64,000 nucleotides of DNA. It comes from Eledone cirrhosa (lineage: Eukaryota). The stretch lies in assembly GCA_964016885.1 (NCBI GenBank), contig OZ024741.1, positions 58,404,001-58,468,000 of the forward strand, read 5' to 3'. Shown here piece after piece: positions 1-12,830 of the stretch. The notes beneath the pieces were generated by a model. That model saw nothing but the letters and a program-made list of their open reading frames with translations, did no database searches and had not been told where the DNA came from. The translations under genes were made by a program, and so were the position numbers. Every line of letters starts with the position of its first letter. Position 1 is the first letter of the stretch.

Positions 1-741
1 CCTCTGCCTACTAGTATGGAAAAGCAAATGGAAAAGAAATGATAATGATGATTGGACCTTACAATCAGAAATAAATAACATGTTTGAATTTCAACTATTT
101 GCTGTTTCCTCTGTCACTACACAATCATGTTTGTGTGACTTAGAAGGTGGTTTTGTGTTCAGCACCTTGGACACGTCTTCTGATATAGCCTCAAGCTGAC
201 CAATGTTTTGTGAGTGAATTTGGTTGATGGGAACTCTATAAAAGTCTTTCATTTGTACGTAGTATGTGTAAGTTTGTGTACATCACCTCCAGAAACTGTT
301 AAATCTCTACCATAGTGAAAAGTATGGGTTGGGGTCAAATTTGCTATGGATTAAAAAAAAAAAAAGAAGACTGGTGTGTGATATTTTTCATCAGCAAGGA
401 AAATAACTTTAATCTACAGTTGTGTCAACTTATTTTAATGTTTTATGCTTCATAGATTTGTTGTGCGTTTAGAATAGGTATCAAAATAGCAGAGTTGTTA
501 GAATGTCAGAATGTGTAGCTGCATTTGTTCTGGCTTTCTGTGCCCAAAATATAAATCCAACTAAAGCTATCTTTACCTTTCACTCTTTCAAGGTCAATAA
601 AGTATCAGTCTAGTACTGGGGCCAATTCTTCCTCTCTCTTACTTCCTCATATTCTCTCTTCTCACTTCCTACTACTCCTCTCTTTCTTTGAAAGAATTTG
701 ACTGTTCTTACCTGGAGAGGTATGGCTTCTGCCAGGTTTAA

Positions 742-943
742 ACCCTTAGCATTTAAACCGGCTGTATCCGGCCAGGATTCTCTCACCTCTTTCTGTTCAA
801 ACCGGCCATAACTGGCTACTCATACTAATGTTAAGATATTGTTCTCAAAATAAATAACATTAAAATCTCATAGATTCGATATTATGTGAGATAAAGCCTT
901 TACCATGAAAATACAATCGTATAGAAATGTAAATTCTAAAGGG
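742..943. mobile_element. piggyBac-like MITE family 1 (diverged copy)
   Basis: Ends ccttagcattta...taaattctaaaggg; reverse-complement homolog of 17962-18191. Confidence 0.7.
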
Positions 944-1055
944 TCAAATACCCAATATATGCTGCATTGTTGTGTTGTGTTGTATTCAAATTTTCTTAAC
1001 ATTCACATAATTTAATATTGTTTTAAATTTTCATATTTGAATTGTGTTGACAAGT

Positions 1056-1091
1056 TTGACAAAATTGTATTTCTTTATTTTGTAGGTAAGT
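1056..1091 (+). promoter_or_regulatory. Candidate recursive splice site (3'ss immediately followed by 5'ss)
   Basis: TTGAC branch-like motif 1056-1060, T-rich tract, then TAG|GTAAGT (AG 1084-1085, GT 1086). Confidence 0.5.
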
Positions 1092-1759
1092 AAACTGATT
1101 ATCATTGAAGACTCAGGGTTTGTAACCATTCTTTTTCTTCTCATTTATTTCTTCTCTTCAGCTCTTACAGTTTTAACTCTTGATACAAACATCCCTACAA
1201 CTGTAGCTGTAGTTCAAAAGGCTAGTTTTGTCACATTCTGTGTCACAGTGAATTTCCTTGAGAATTGTCTGTGAAATACTCTGCCAACATACATGTTAAT
1301 TTCATGAGTCAGCCATTCCATTAATAGATCATCTGAAACACTCATCATCTAAGCCAACAAAAGGGCAATTACTTTATTTCAAACACTAAAACTCCACATA
1401 ACTTGGTTAAAGTATTTCTATTAACCCTTTTTATGAGAAACCACCCTTGGTTTTATAATACAAAACTGTTTTGTTTTTTTTAAAGTGTTTATTTAACTAA
1501 AAGTCTTATATAATGATTTTATCTAAAAACCTTCCATCATGATTTTATCTAAAAACCTCTAATGTATATTCCATGCACCAGATTAATAATGAGAAAGTTA
1601 TTTTCGAATTGATTTGAAAATAGTAGGTTCTGCCTTCCATTAGAAAGGGATTGTAATGACTGTGTTAATGATGCCATCGCATAATGCATAATAGAAATAA
1701 GAGAAGGGAGAGACATATGAGCTATCACACTCTTTCCTCATTGTATAGGTTAATAACAT

Positions 1760-1978
1760 TTACTCTTAACGTCCTGTACCACATGGAACTACATTAGCAT
1801 GATATTCTTTAAAAAGTAAAAAAACAGCACTATGACTGCATCACATAAAGAATTAGTCTTTAGTTTTCTATAAATTTCCACAACAATCTGGTTTCTAGTA
1901 AAGATACTGTAAACATTTGAATTAACAAATCTGTTTTTAGATATTTTCTTTTAAATCATTGCAGGGTGTTAAGAGTTA
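1760..1978. mobile_element. MITE family 3 (TIR approx. CTCTTAACRTCCTG); related copies ~7770-8056, ~29870-30145, ~35093-35260
   Basis: actcttaacgtcctg ... cagggtgttaagagt inverted ends; shared core 'tagtaaagatactataaacat.tgaattaacaaa'. Confidence 0.6.
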
Positions 1979-3060
1979 GACAGAATTAGCAAACTACTAT
2001 AATAAAACTAAAATATAAAAAGGTTTCTTTGCTATTAAATTTCAGTTAATGTATAAATAACTGTATATCTCCCTGCTGCAGTTAATTATACATATTATAT
2101 AATTTTAACTTGTGAGCTGGAAGTAAACATGTAGTAGTAGTAGTAAACTTTTATTTATTACTAACATAAATAGCACCCGCCAGGCAGTTTTCTGCTAGTG
2201 TAAGTATGTATGTGTGTTTCATAATGTATCTAATCAATGTGTACAAATGTATGAAAAAAGAAAAATACATTTTTGACATGCAAAAGATATGAACTGGCAT
2301 CAACAAAAATCATCTTGCTATTTATATAATTTAATACACAAGTTTTTTTCCCCATAAGTTGCCTTTTAAATTTTTTTCTAAATGATATGATCCTTAAGTT
2401 AATGGTTTTGAATTTAAGCCCAGGGCCAGCAATTTGAGGGCAGATGCAGGAAAATCATACCCTCTCCCCCAATCCTTAGTATTTTACTGGTACTGTATTT
2501 TATCATCCTTGACAGAATAAAAGGCAAAATAAATATTTTATAAAATTATGATGGAAGGTTTTTAGATAAATATAGACACTTTAAAATAAACATTTCTTTC
2601 ATAGAAACAAGGGCAATTTCAGGCAGTTTATCAAAGTTAATATGCTCAGTAAGAGATGTAGATGATAGAATTTTCTAAACCCTTGGATTTACTGAAAAAA
2701 GAACTCTTTTAAAACAAAGAGGTAGGCCACTTAAGATTAATTGTTATCTATGTTTATCTTTGAAAAGAGGTAAAATTTCACAAAGGTAATGTTCTTAGTC
2801 TACACTAAGTTCTAGAAGATTCTTAATATAAAAGAGAAATATCAGAATTAATGGATAACAAGTTGAAAGAACAAACTATTGATCCAGTAAAGAAAGGTGT
2901 GTTTGATGAGAAAGAAAATCTAGATTTTTATTAATCCTCATGTATCGGCCGATGATTTCACCTTATCTACTTATCTATAACGTTAGATCTTGCTACCTAA
3001 TTCTACTGATGCACACATAAATACATTTCTAACGTATTTTGTGGCTTTATCCAGTCTTAC

Positions 3061-3101
<41 letters not shown>

Positions 3102-3410
3102 TAAAGAGAAAGTTACAGTATTTTCTTGTAATATGAAAAATTTTGATCTAAAACTATGCCGAAGAGTTGTACTATACATCTTGAGTACACATTCTCTCTC
3201 TCTCTCTTTTTAATTTTTTTTTTTTTACAAAAGACTGTATTGTTCAAATAAGTATGAATATATATTTTAATTTCTCTAACTTAATATATATAAAAAATAA
3301 TAGCCATATTAAACAGAATAGTATATTAACTTGATTAATATCTTAAATAAAATTACTAAAAATACATTGTCAACTTTGCAAATTTCCTAAAATTTGAAAA
3401 CTTGTTTTGA

Positions 3411-3785
3411 AATCATCATCATTCGGCAACCTCAGCTGAAATCGACTCAACAATTGATCTCTATGTGGGTCTGTCGTTCATTGCCACTGCCAAATCCTGG
3501 ATTTCAATACCAGAATCTCTGGAGATGACATCGGGAAAGGAGAGCTTGTTATTAGTGACTGCTTGTGGTTTCCAAAGCACTAATGGGGACACAGCCTCAT
3601 AGGTGGCACAATGGCAGTGGCCAGCAAATCTTACTCTCCTTTTACGTACAACGACAGATATGTGTGGGAGGCCAGCATATATTTCTTTCAAAGTCACATG
3701 TCGCCAGCTTAGAAGCAGGCGAGTGTAGGTGCCATCAAGGCGCTTTTGTTGTTCAGATGAAAGCGTCCATGTTTCACTTCCATAT
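3411..3785 (-). mobile_element. 3' end of an RTE/RTEX-like LINE (third family)
   Basis: ORF 3461-3697 has RRVRFAGHC..E.VS.LVLW.P C-terminal motif typical of RTE-group ORF2; (ATG)n tail at ~3412-3422. Confidence 0.7.
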
Positions 3786-6199
3786 ATAATGTTTTGAGAT
3801 AGGAAATATGCACAAAATGCTAAATATAGTAGTGAAATCGAAATTTTAATGGATAACGTGTTACAAGTTTACCAAAAAGTTGATGTACCCTAGCATGGCC
3901 TCAGCCAGTTGAGTGGAACAGGTAAAAGAATAATAGACATGACTTTCATCTTTTTGAGATCAATCAAGTACCAGTCCAATAGAAACCTTTGAGCAAGATG
4001 AGGTAATTTATGTGTCTGGTTTTGGACCATGCCAACCTATCCATCCCATGCCAGTGTTGAAAGTGAACATAAAAATTATCTATAAAAATAACAAACAAAA
4101 TATAATATCAGAAAAGATAACAGTATATTAGTTTAATACTTCTAAAAAAAATTAGAAAAACACCATCTTAAAATTTTGGATGCTAGTCTTTCATTGGAAG
4201 GTTGATGTTTTGAAGAAAGTAGAAAAACAAATACGAAGAGAATATAAGGTGAATTAAGAAGTAAAAGGGAGAGATAAAAACTCTTGTAATTGTCAGTTAT
4301 TTATATATGATGCACTTCAAAAGACAGCACACAAAAAAGATTTTCTCAGAAGTAATTATCAATAAAAAAAAAAACGAGGTATCATAGTCATCTCTTATTT
4401 TCATTGATTTATTAAAAAATAATCAGATTTGTAAGCAGAAATTGGTGCTAAAAGTTAAACCTAAATCCAAAAAGCCAGTGATATACTTCAATCATCATAA
4501 TTTTATGTTTGTTTTCCATGTTGGCATGGGTTTGACAAGTTATGATCCAAGTCTGTTTTTATTTAGATATTGTCTTTTTAAACAAATTGGGGAAATCATG
4601 TCACATTCATACATTCTAATTGTGAAATGACTTCAACAGTTGGATGCCCTTTTTATAAAGTGTTCTGGGTGCATTTTCTCATGGCATTAGCACTAGAGAG
4701 GCTGTTAAATACTTTATATAGTCTTCTTTATCATATGTTGTCTCTGTCCATTTGTCAATTACCTAATAGTGTACTTGGGGCATTTTGTCATGGCCTCAAC
4801 ACTGCAAGGTTGTTTCATGAATATCCAGGAGTTTCTAGTTCATCATGTTTAGTTTTGTATTTGAGTATATTGCCAGTCAGCTTGGTTCTGTGTCATTGCC
4901 TTCTTGAGGTTCAATTTCTTGAGGAATACACAGAAATAAAAGATTAATCAAATTAAGCTATTACATTTACAAAGATCAAAGAACATATTTAATAGATTTA
5001 CAAGGATTAAAGATCACAGATATTTAATCAGAGAAATTAATATGTTAAAATGGTAATGTTTTAATTCTGATCAAATTGGATATTACTTTCTGTAAATATA
5101 TTGTGGCTAAGATTTGTTGTATTTTGATTGAACAGATGAAAGTTAATATAAATATCTATGAAAATAGTATTTACTAATTTAGATGTAAGATAAATGTTTT
5201 CAATGTTAAGATCACAGAATCAAATATTGCATATTTTTTGATAATGTAATGTTTGTCTATAATTAATTCATAGTAAAGGCAGATATATTATACAATAATG
5301 TAAAAATGAGAAAAAAGATATTTAATATGAAGAAAACAAATTGCTGTTTATATTACATAAGTGTGTGAAGATGCATGGCATTGTGGTTAGGGTTTTGGAC
5401 TCTAATATGGCTATGGGTTCGATTCCTGGACCAGGTGATGCATTGTGTTTGTGAGTGAGATGCTTCATTTCACATTGCTTTTCATGATGGGACTGGGATC
5501 TCTGTCATTAAACAAGTTACAAACCTTTTATGAGACATAACCTTGTTGAAGATCTACATAGTTGTGTGAAATATTTCATTTTTTCACTTTTCCATGGTGG
5601 CATGGGTTGGATAAAATTTTTTTTGAAGTCGTATTGAAGAGTTGGATACTTTTTCTGACAACCAGTCACATACATTCCTTCACTTCACAGAGTATACTGA
5701 CACCAATATCTTTGACACAACTGAAGAGTCTTTCAACCCTTATTTTGCAAGTTTTCTATGGTTGAATGCCCTTCCTATCACCAACCACTTGACAGTGTAG
5801 TATGTTCACCAAAACTACAGAGGTTGTGGTGCCCTTGACATAGAAGAATAGAAATTATATTTTATGAGCTAATAAAATAATTCAAGACTTTCATATTTGT
5901 CATAACATATGAATAATATTCTTAACATTTATCTCATTCAAGGTGAATTTTCATAAGTTTTCTTTAAAAACAAAAGTATTCTTAAATATGGAAGTCATTT
6001 CTAAATTTATTGGGAAGAAAAAGAAAAATTTGCATTCAAATCTTTTGAACAATATTTATATTTCATCTAGATATTTTCTTAATTACTAACACACACACGC
6101 ACACACATATGAAATCATTTAAACATCTATTTTTCCATGCTATACATATATATATATTGTTTTAATTGAAAGGTTCAATGATTTTAATTACTGTGACAT

Positions 6200-6426
6200 T
6201 AATCCTTTTGATATGAAACTGCTCCTGGTTCTATGATACCAAACTGTTTGTTTTAAAGTGTTTACATTTATCTAAAAACCTTCCATCATTTTATGTAAAA
6301 GCCTTTGTTCCAAACATCAGCTTAATAATAAGAAAATTAGTTATATTATCAAATTCTCTATTTTCAAAATTATTTCAAATTCATAGGCAGTGTTTTTCGT
6401 TAGGAATATGGTAATGAAAAGGTTAA
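6200..6426. mobile_element. piggyBac-like MITE family 2 (~230-250 bp); further copies ~1421-1640, 11649-11860, 12940-13162, 15258-15508, 20178-20390, 26633-26790, 30841-31085, 34080-34310, 47772-47880, 51805-51910, 61151-61285, 61593-61815, 62223-62445
   Basis: TTAA-CCCTTT-like start and AAAGGG-TTAA-like end; shared internal motifs (tgttccaaacaccagcttaataatgagaaagtta; ttcattagaaatatggt). Confidence 0.7.
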
Positions 6427-7049
6427 CAGTATGGTAAGGTTTCAATTTTTGTATCTACAGTTACACTGCTTGTGAGTGAATGAATATATAATGAATGAAT
6501 AAATATGGTTCAGAACCATCAGGAGGGTTCTGCTTTTTTTCCATAGTCAAAGGAATACATGAAGTAGAAAAGGTAAAGATATGGAATCAGGTTTATTGAG
6601 CTGTGTTAATGAATATGCAACAGTATTTCAATCTAAACACATTTTCTGCAATAAGAAAACTTTGTTTTAAAATATTTAAATTGTTCTTATTACACCCACA
6701 CAAAGTGGGAGTTTTAGATGGTTTCTTCATTCATCATTAAATGTCTATTTTCCTTGCTAACAAGGTTTGGACAAGTGCATTTTATTGTAGCACCGGCACT
6801 TGGGAGGTTATCTTGTCTTTGACTCAACTGAAGAGTCCCCTCAACCCTTTATATGGCAAGTATTTTACAGCTGGATGCCTTTCCTATCACCAACTCTTTT
6901 ACAGAGTGCACTGGGTGTGTTTTATCATGTCCACACAATCACTAGTGAAGTTGTTGTGCATACAAAATAGTGACATTGTAGTTTTGTAGTCCTGCATGGT
7001 ATTATTGTCATCATGAACTTGGAACATTGCTTAAACCAAGCATTATGGT

Positions 7050-7387
7050 ATCATCATCATCATTTAATTTTACGTCCGCTTTTTCCCTGCTTGCAAGGGT
7101 GGGACGGGAACTGATTCTGGCTTGATTTCTACAGCTGGATGCCCTTCCTAACACCAACCTCATTTACAGTGAGTGCTGGGTGCTTTTTTGCCATGGCACC
7201 TCCATGACCACATTGCAGTGGAATATGGACTCCAGTCCCTATCATCTCATTTCTACAGCTGAGTAAACTGGAGCAATGTGAAATAAAGTGTCTTGCTCAA
7301 GGAAACAACACATCACCCGGTCTGCGAATTGAACTCACAACCTTTCGATTGCAAGGCCAATGCTCTAACCACTAAGCCATGTGCCTC
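7050..7387 (-). mobile_element. Young tRNA-derived SINE with RTE-type tail (full length)
   Basis: Reverse complement highly similar to 25602-25944; A box TGGCTTAGTGG, B box GAGTTCAATTC, (ATG)n tail. Confidence 0.9.
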
Positions 7388-9324
7388 TATCGTGTCTATG
7401 TGCAAGCTATTTTTGTGTTGGACCTCTGTTGATTCCAATGATGAATGTTCCACTCGTACGAACAAGAGAACAACCTGCTCCTAAAATTGTGCAAGTAGCT
7501 GAGCATTCCATGGACATGTGTACCCTTAACATAGTTTTCAGGGAGATTCTGCATGACATGGTGTGTGGTAAGATTGGCCCATAGAGTTACCGGTAAAACT
7601 CATTTTTTCTTGCTGAGTGAACTAGAGCAATGTGAAATAAAATGTCTTGCTCAAGGATGCGATATGCTGCCAGGAAACAAACTCAGAACCTTATAATCAT
7701 GAACCAAACAGCCTAAGCACTAATTCATGTGTCTTATGATATGTAATACAACTATGTAATTACTGCATTAAGATATTCTTGAAAAGTATAAAGTAGCACT
7801 ATGTCTGCATCACATTAAATGTTATCCTTTACTCTAATACTGCAAATTTTCGCTATGATCTGTCCACTAGTAAAGCTGGAATTAAACCACCTGAAACAAA
7901 ATTAGCAAATCATTCTACAAAACAGCACTATGACTGCATTACATTAACATTTAAATGCTACAAATTTTCACACTGGTAAAGATACTATAAACATGTGAAT
8001 TAACAAACCAATTTTTAGATATTTTCTGCTCAATCATTACAAGATGTTAAGAGTTTAGCCTGGCATCCATTAATAATATTAGTTTGCAGTACTGTCTATA
8101 ATTGTTTTTCATCTTTCTCTATATAAGAAATACTTAGTCTTCACCAGTCAATTCTACTGTTTGATTTTTAATTCCCACTTGTAACTATTACATTTTACTA
8201 ATCTCTAATGTGCTGGAAGCAGACTTCAGCATCACCATTTCCTCTGTGTGTATGTTGGACCTACATTGGTTTCGACGATAAATACTCTAACTGATGCGAT
8301 GGAGTAGAAATTAGCGTGTAAGTGGCATGAATATTCCACATACATGCACACCCATAATATAGTTCTCAGGAAGATTCAGTGTGACAAAATTAACCCTTTG
8401 AATTACAGGTACAACCCATTATAGCCCACTAAGTGTACTGAAACAACATGAAATAAAGCATCTTACTCCAGGACACAACACACTGCTGGGAATTGAATTC
8501 TTGACCTTACAAATGTAACCCAAACACTCTAACCACTGTGCCATGTGCCTTCACTTCTTACTTGTAAATATTACATTTCTCTAATATCTCTAATGTAATA
8601 TTACATTTCTCTAATATCGCTAATGTGCTTGTGGCAGATTTCAACATCACACTCTTTCATCTGACTGTATAAATGTAGGGTATTACATTTATATAAGAAA
8701 TTAATATTTGACAGTATTGAACTTAATTTATATTGCCTTAACCACATTCTGAATATTAAACTACGTAGTTGATTGTATCAGACTCCGTTCAGTTATCCAG
8801 TTTAGTATCCAGTCTGACTTGTAAAGTAACATGGTTGTATAAAGGATATGGTCACTGTAGGGTGAAGACATATGGCTTAGTGGTTAGGGTGTAGGACTTG
8901 CAATTGTAAGGTTATGGGTTTGATTCTTGGTTTAGCTGGTGGTGTGCTTTGTGTTCTTTATTTTTAAAAAATCAATTTCATGTTGCTCCAATCCACCCAG
9001 CAGTAGGGGTCCTCATCATTGAAACATCTGAGAAATCTATGTGATGCAATCTCGTAATAAAACAATTATAAGGTGTGGGAGACAAACAAGAATGTTATCA
9101 GTGGAGAGGTGTGAAAGCCTAACATTTTTATTTGGGTAGCGCCCACCTAACACTATCAAATATTAATTTGGGTAGAAAATAGCTGAGTTGAAGATGTAAA
9201 ATGTACAGAAGTAGTTTTAAAATGTGTTGGCTTGGTATGAAATGGATGGTGTTCTGAACACACTTTATATAAAGCACATGCTGAAATGATAAGATTAAGA
9301 AATTAGTTCTTTCATTACTATATC

Positions 9325-9535
9325 TTCTTCTTTGTCCACTTATTCTTGGAAAAGAGTCATGGGGGAAGATTCCTCAAGCACACTTTCCAGCGGGTCCTGT
9401 TGGGAGCAACCATCTCCAACTGATCTGGCTAGATCTCCAAGTGTGACTTCATGGATTTTATCCAATCATCTTGCTCGAGGTCTACCCCTGGGTCTCCTGC
9501 TGGTTATTTTTGCCTGTAAAATGTTTTCTTTTTCC
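9325..9535 (-). mobile_element. 3' end of an RTE-like LINE
   Basis: Translated ILQAKITSRRPRGRPRAR*LD, matching the RTE C-terminal RGRP motif; short AAG-type tail. Confidence 0.55.
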
Positions 9536-10150
9536 CAATCAATAGTTACAAGTTTCCACATTAGTGAGAGGCAGGATAGAAGTCTAAAATTGTCTACTAC
9601 ATTGATTTTAGCAGGGTCCTTTTGACTGAGCACAGTCTTATCCATTGTCACCCATATAGATATCTCTACATGGTTGTTTGACATAGCATTCATTTGAGTT
9701 GTTATTTGCTCATGTAAAGATGTCAACATCTTTAACCAAAAGCCCTGGGCCCCCACCAGGTCCAGGAGCTTTCAAATTGGGAATATTTTGGCTTGTATGC
9801 ATACCATTCCTGTTATTTCAATATCACTTTTCTTCACATTCAGCTTAATAACCTGTGCCTCATCATCCCAGATGTTTGAGCAAAACATTTTGCTTTCTTC
9901 TGCATCCAGTGTCACTCTTTCTTTTTTACTTTTACTCTCGGTCTCATTTTTTTATCATACTGAAACATTCTGTTGATTCTATATTGTGTTTTTCGTTCAA
10001 ATCCCACTTTGGACACCTTGGACTGCATCCATTGTTACTACTCCTCAATAACGTTTATACCTTTTTTCTGTATATTATACTTCTTTTCTATTTCAAGATG
10101 TTTATTATTCTTCTTTATTTCCCTTTGGTTTTCTCCGTTCCAGGATGTTA
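9535..10150 (-). mobile_element. Dong/R4-clade LINE fragment (RT N-terminal region)
   Basis: PNLKAPGP..QGFWLK.LTSLH ... TVLSQKDPAK.N.VDNFR...CL.LMWKL.T motifs typical of R4/Dong RT. Confidence 0.7.
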
Positions 10151-10345
10151 ATGAACTATCTTAATTCATTAATTGATCCTCTAATTCTTCCTTTTCCCCA
10201 TCTGGTGGATTCACTTACTGATACACAAAATGAATTTCTTGTCTTAGAGCAGCAACTATTCAATTTTGAAAAAGCTTTGAACCGACGGTATAGATAACTT
10301 GTAGAGTTCAGACAAAAAATAACAAATATAAGGAAATGCTATATA

Positions 10346-11228
10346 CGAGGTGTGTCAGAAAAGTTCCAGGACTGATGTCACAAAAGATTTATTTCAAACC
10401 CAAACTTCACACTAAGAGTTTTCTCCTTCAAAGTAATCCCCCTGGAGTATGTAACTGTAATCTTAGCTCTCTGCAGTGATCCAACTTTTTTCTTCATAAT
10501 TTTATATACATGTCCTCTGTTTCAGGTCGTCAAGCAATGAGCACAGAACAACAAACAAACTTGAAAACTCCGTCAAAAGCACTGGGATTGCTGCAGCAAG
10601 TGTATGGAGATGAGACGATGTCACGCTCACGTGTTTTTGAGTGGTGCAAGAGGTTTAAAGAAGGACGCGAGGACGTGGAAGATGACCCCAGGAGCGGAAG
10701 GCCCTCAACAACCAGGACTGAGGTCAACGTTGAGCGCATTAGGCAGATAGTGCGTAGCGATCGTTGGCTGACTGTTCGACTGATTGCAAATGAGCTGGGC
10801 ATGAATCAGGACAGCGTCTGGAAGATTTGGACATGCGGAAAGTCTGCGCGAAGATGGTGCCAAAACTGCTGAATGATGACCAGAAGGGTCGACGCATGCA
10901 AGTGTGCTAGGACATCCTCGAGCCTCTTGAAACTGAACCAGATTTGCTAGGGACAGTCATCACCGGTGATGAGTCATGGATCTTCGAATACGACCCGGAG
11001 GGGACCCATTTTGAAGACGTGGACGACATCAAAAAGGCCGTGACGAAGGAACTGCGGAGGATCTCGGAAGAATCCTTCCAGGAGTGCATGCAAGCGTGGC
11101 AGAAAAGGATGGAAAAGTGCATTAGACTCCAGGGGGATTACTTTGGAGGAGAAAACTCTTAGTGTGAAGTTTGGGTTTGAAATAAATCTTTTGTGACATC
11201 AGTCCTGGAACTTTTCTGATACACCTCG
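10346..11228 (+). mobile_element. Mariner transposon, internally deleted, with 103-bp inverted ends and TA target duplication
   Basis: TA|CGAGGTGTGTCAGAAAAGTTCC... at 10344; inverse ends 11228|TA; arms 10346-10448 and 11126-11228 near-perfect. Confidence 0.95.
10537..11162 (+). pseudogene. Mariner transposase pseudogene (HTH domains retained, catalytic core largely deleted)
   Basis: VYGDETMSRSRVFEWCKRFKEGREDVEDDPRSGRP, frameshifted WVP-like linker, then TGDESWIFEYDPE joined directly to GTHFEDVDDIK; HDNA and YSPDL motifs absent. Confidence 0.9.
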
Positions 11229-12418
11229 TATATATATATAATGTGTATATATAATATATATATAATGTGTGTTTGTGCATACATATATGTGTGTGTGTGT
11301 ATTCTTTTTTTACTTTTCTTTTTATTCATAGTACCATGATGGTATGCTGCATATGATAAACATGAGAAATATTTCTATGTATTTCATTTGTTTCTTCATT
11401 TAAAAGAAAACTTGTGCACAAGTATTTTTATGTAATTTTGAGAAAATGCAGTGATTAAATTATTTGGGAATGTAATTTTTCAGCACTGCTAGATGTCTGC
11501 AGTTGATAAAACTCAAGATTGCCTTAAGGTCATTTTGCTTGATGTCTTCAGTCTATGCAGTGCAAATGAGTTGTTGAACTGTGTTTGTTAAAGAAATCCA
11601 ATTTAGTAGTATAGTTATGGATTTTGTACCAGCTAAACTGCATGCCGTTTAACCCTTTTGTGACAGTATTTCTAATGAGATACTTTCTATTTTGATTATT
11701 TAATAAAGAATTTTGAGGGATTTACGAAAAGTATTTCATTACTAGAAACTTCACAAATGATTTTTATATAAAATGTTGGAAGATTTTGATTTAAGCAGGA
11801 ATCCTTTTAAATGGATGGTTTTATTTCATAGAATCAGGGCTGTTTTTTGGTTGGGCTGGTTTTGTGTATATGTATGTGCATGTATGTTTATATGCATACA
11901 TATGTATGTTTATATGCATACATATGTATGTTTATATGCATACATATAACTCAAATATGAAGTAAGGTTGTAATAAAATACATACAAACACATAGGTATC
12001 TGTTTATTTGCACACACGTATATATATTCTTTCATATATATTTTTAATAACCAACTTGCTTTTAATTCATATTAAAAGAAATAAGAGATAACAAAGGAAT
12101 TTGAATCAACTTATTAAAAAATTTATATGAAAATATATATATACATATGTCAATTATTCTTCTTGTACAAATATTTCATTACAATTTCAATGATTCCTAA
12201 ATATTCAATCATATAAAAACACCCAGTCTTTGTTTTTAATCTCTAACAAATATATTAGCCTATTATATTTCTTTAACATTTATATCACTGAAAAGGAATT
12301 TCTTATTAGTATAGGTACAGAGTTGTTAGAATGTTGGATAGAATGCTTTGCAGTGTTTGTTCCTGCCGAGGGCAAATCTGCCTTTCATCCTTTTGAGGTC
12401 ATTAAAGTACCATTTCAG

Positions 12419-12830
12419 TCATCATCATCATCATCACTGCTTTGATGTCTATTTTCCACACTAGCATGAGTTAGGTGAGTTGTACCATTGTGAGACAAGC
12501 CAAGTCAGACGACCATGTCTTATTCATACAGAACTGATTTTGGCTTGGTTTCTATGACTGAATGCTCCTCATAACACCAACCACATTTACAGTGTGCTGG
12601 GGGCTTTTTGTTGTGGCACCGACACGATCACTTCAGTGTGGGCTGGGTTGTTTTTGTTGTGACACCTACATGACCACTTCAGTGTGTGCTGGGTGCTTTT
12701 TGTCGTGACATCTACACAACTGCTTTACAGCATTGACTGGCTGCTTTTTGTTGCGACACCTACACGGCCACTTTACAGTGTGGGCTGGGTACCTTTTTGT
12801 CATGTCACCTACATGATACTACTGGAGTTT
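12419..12830 (-). mobile_element. SINE with internal ~45-bp tandem array
   Basis: (ATC)n tail at ~12420 followed by ~5 diverged units like acttcagtgtgggctgggtgctttttgttgtgacacctacacgacc. Confidence 0.7.
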
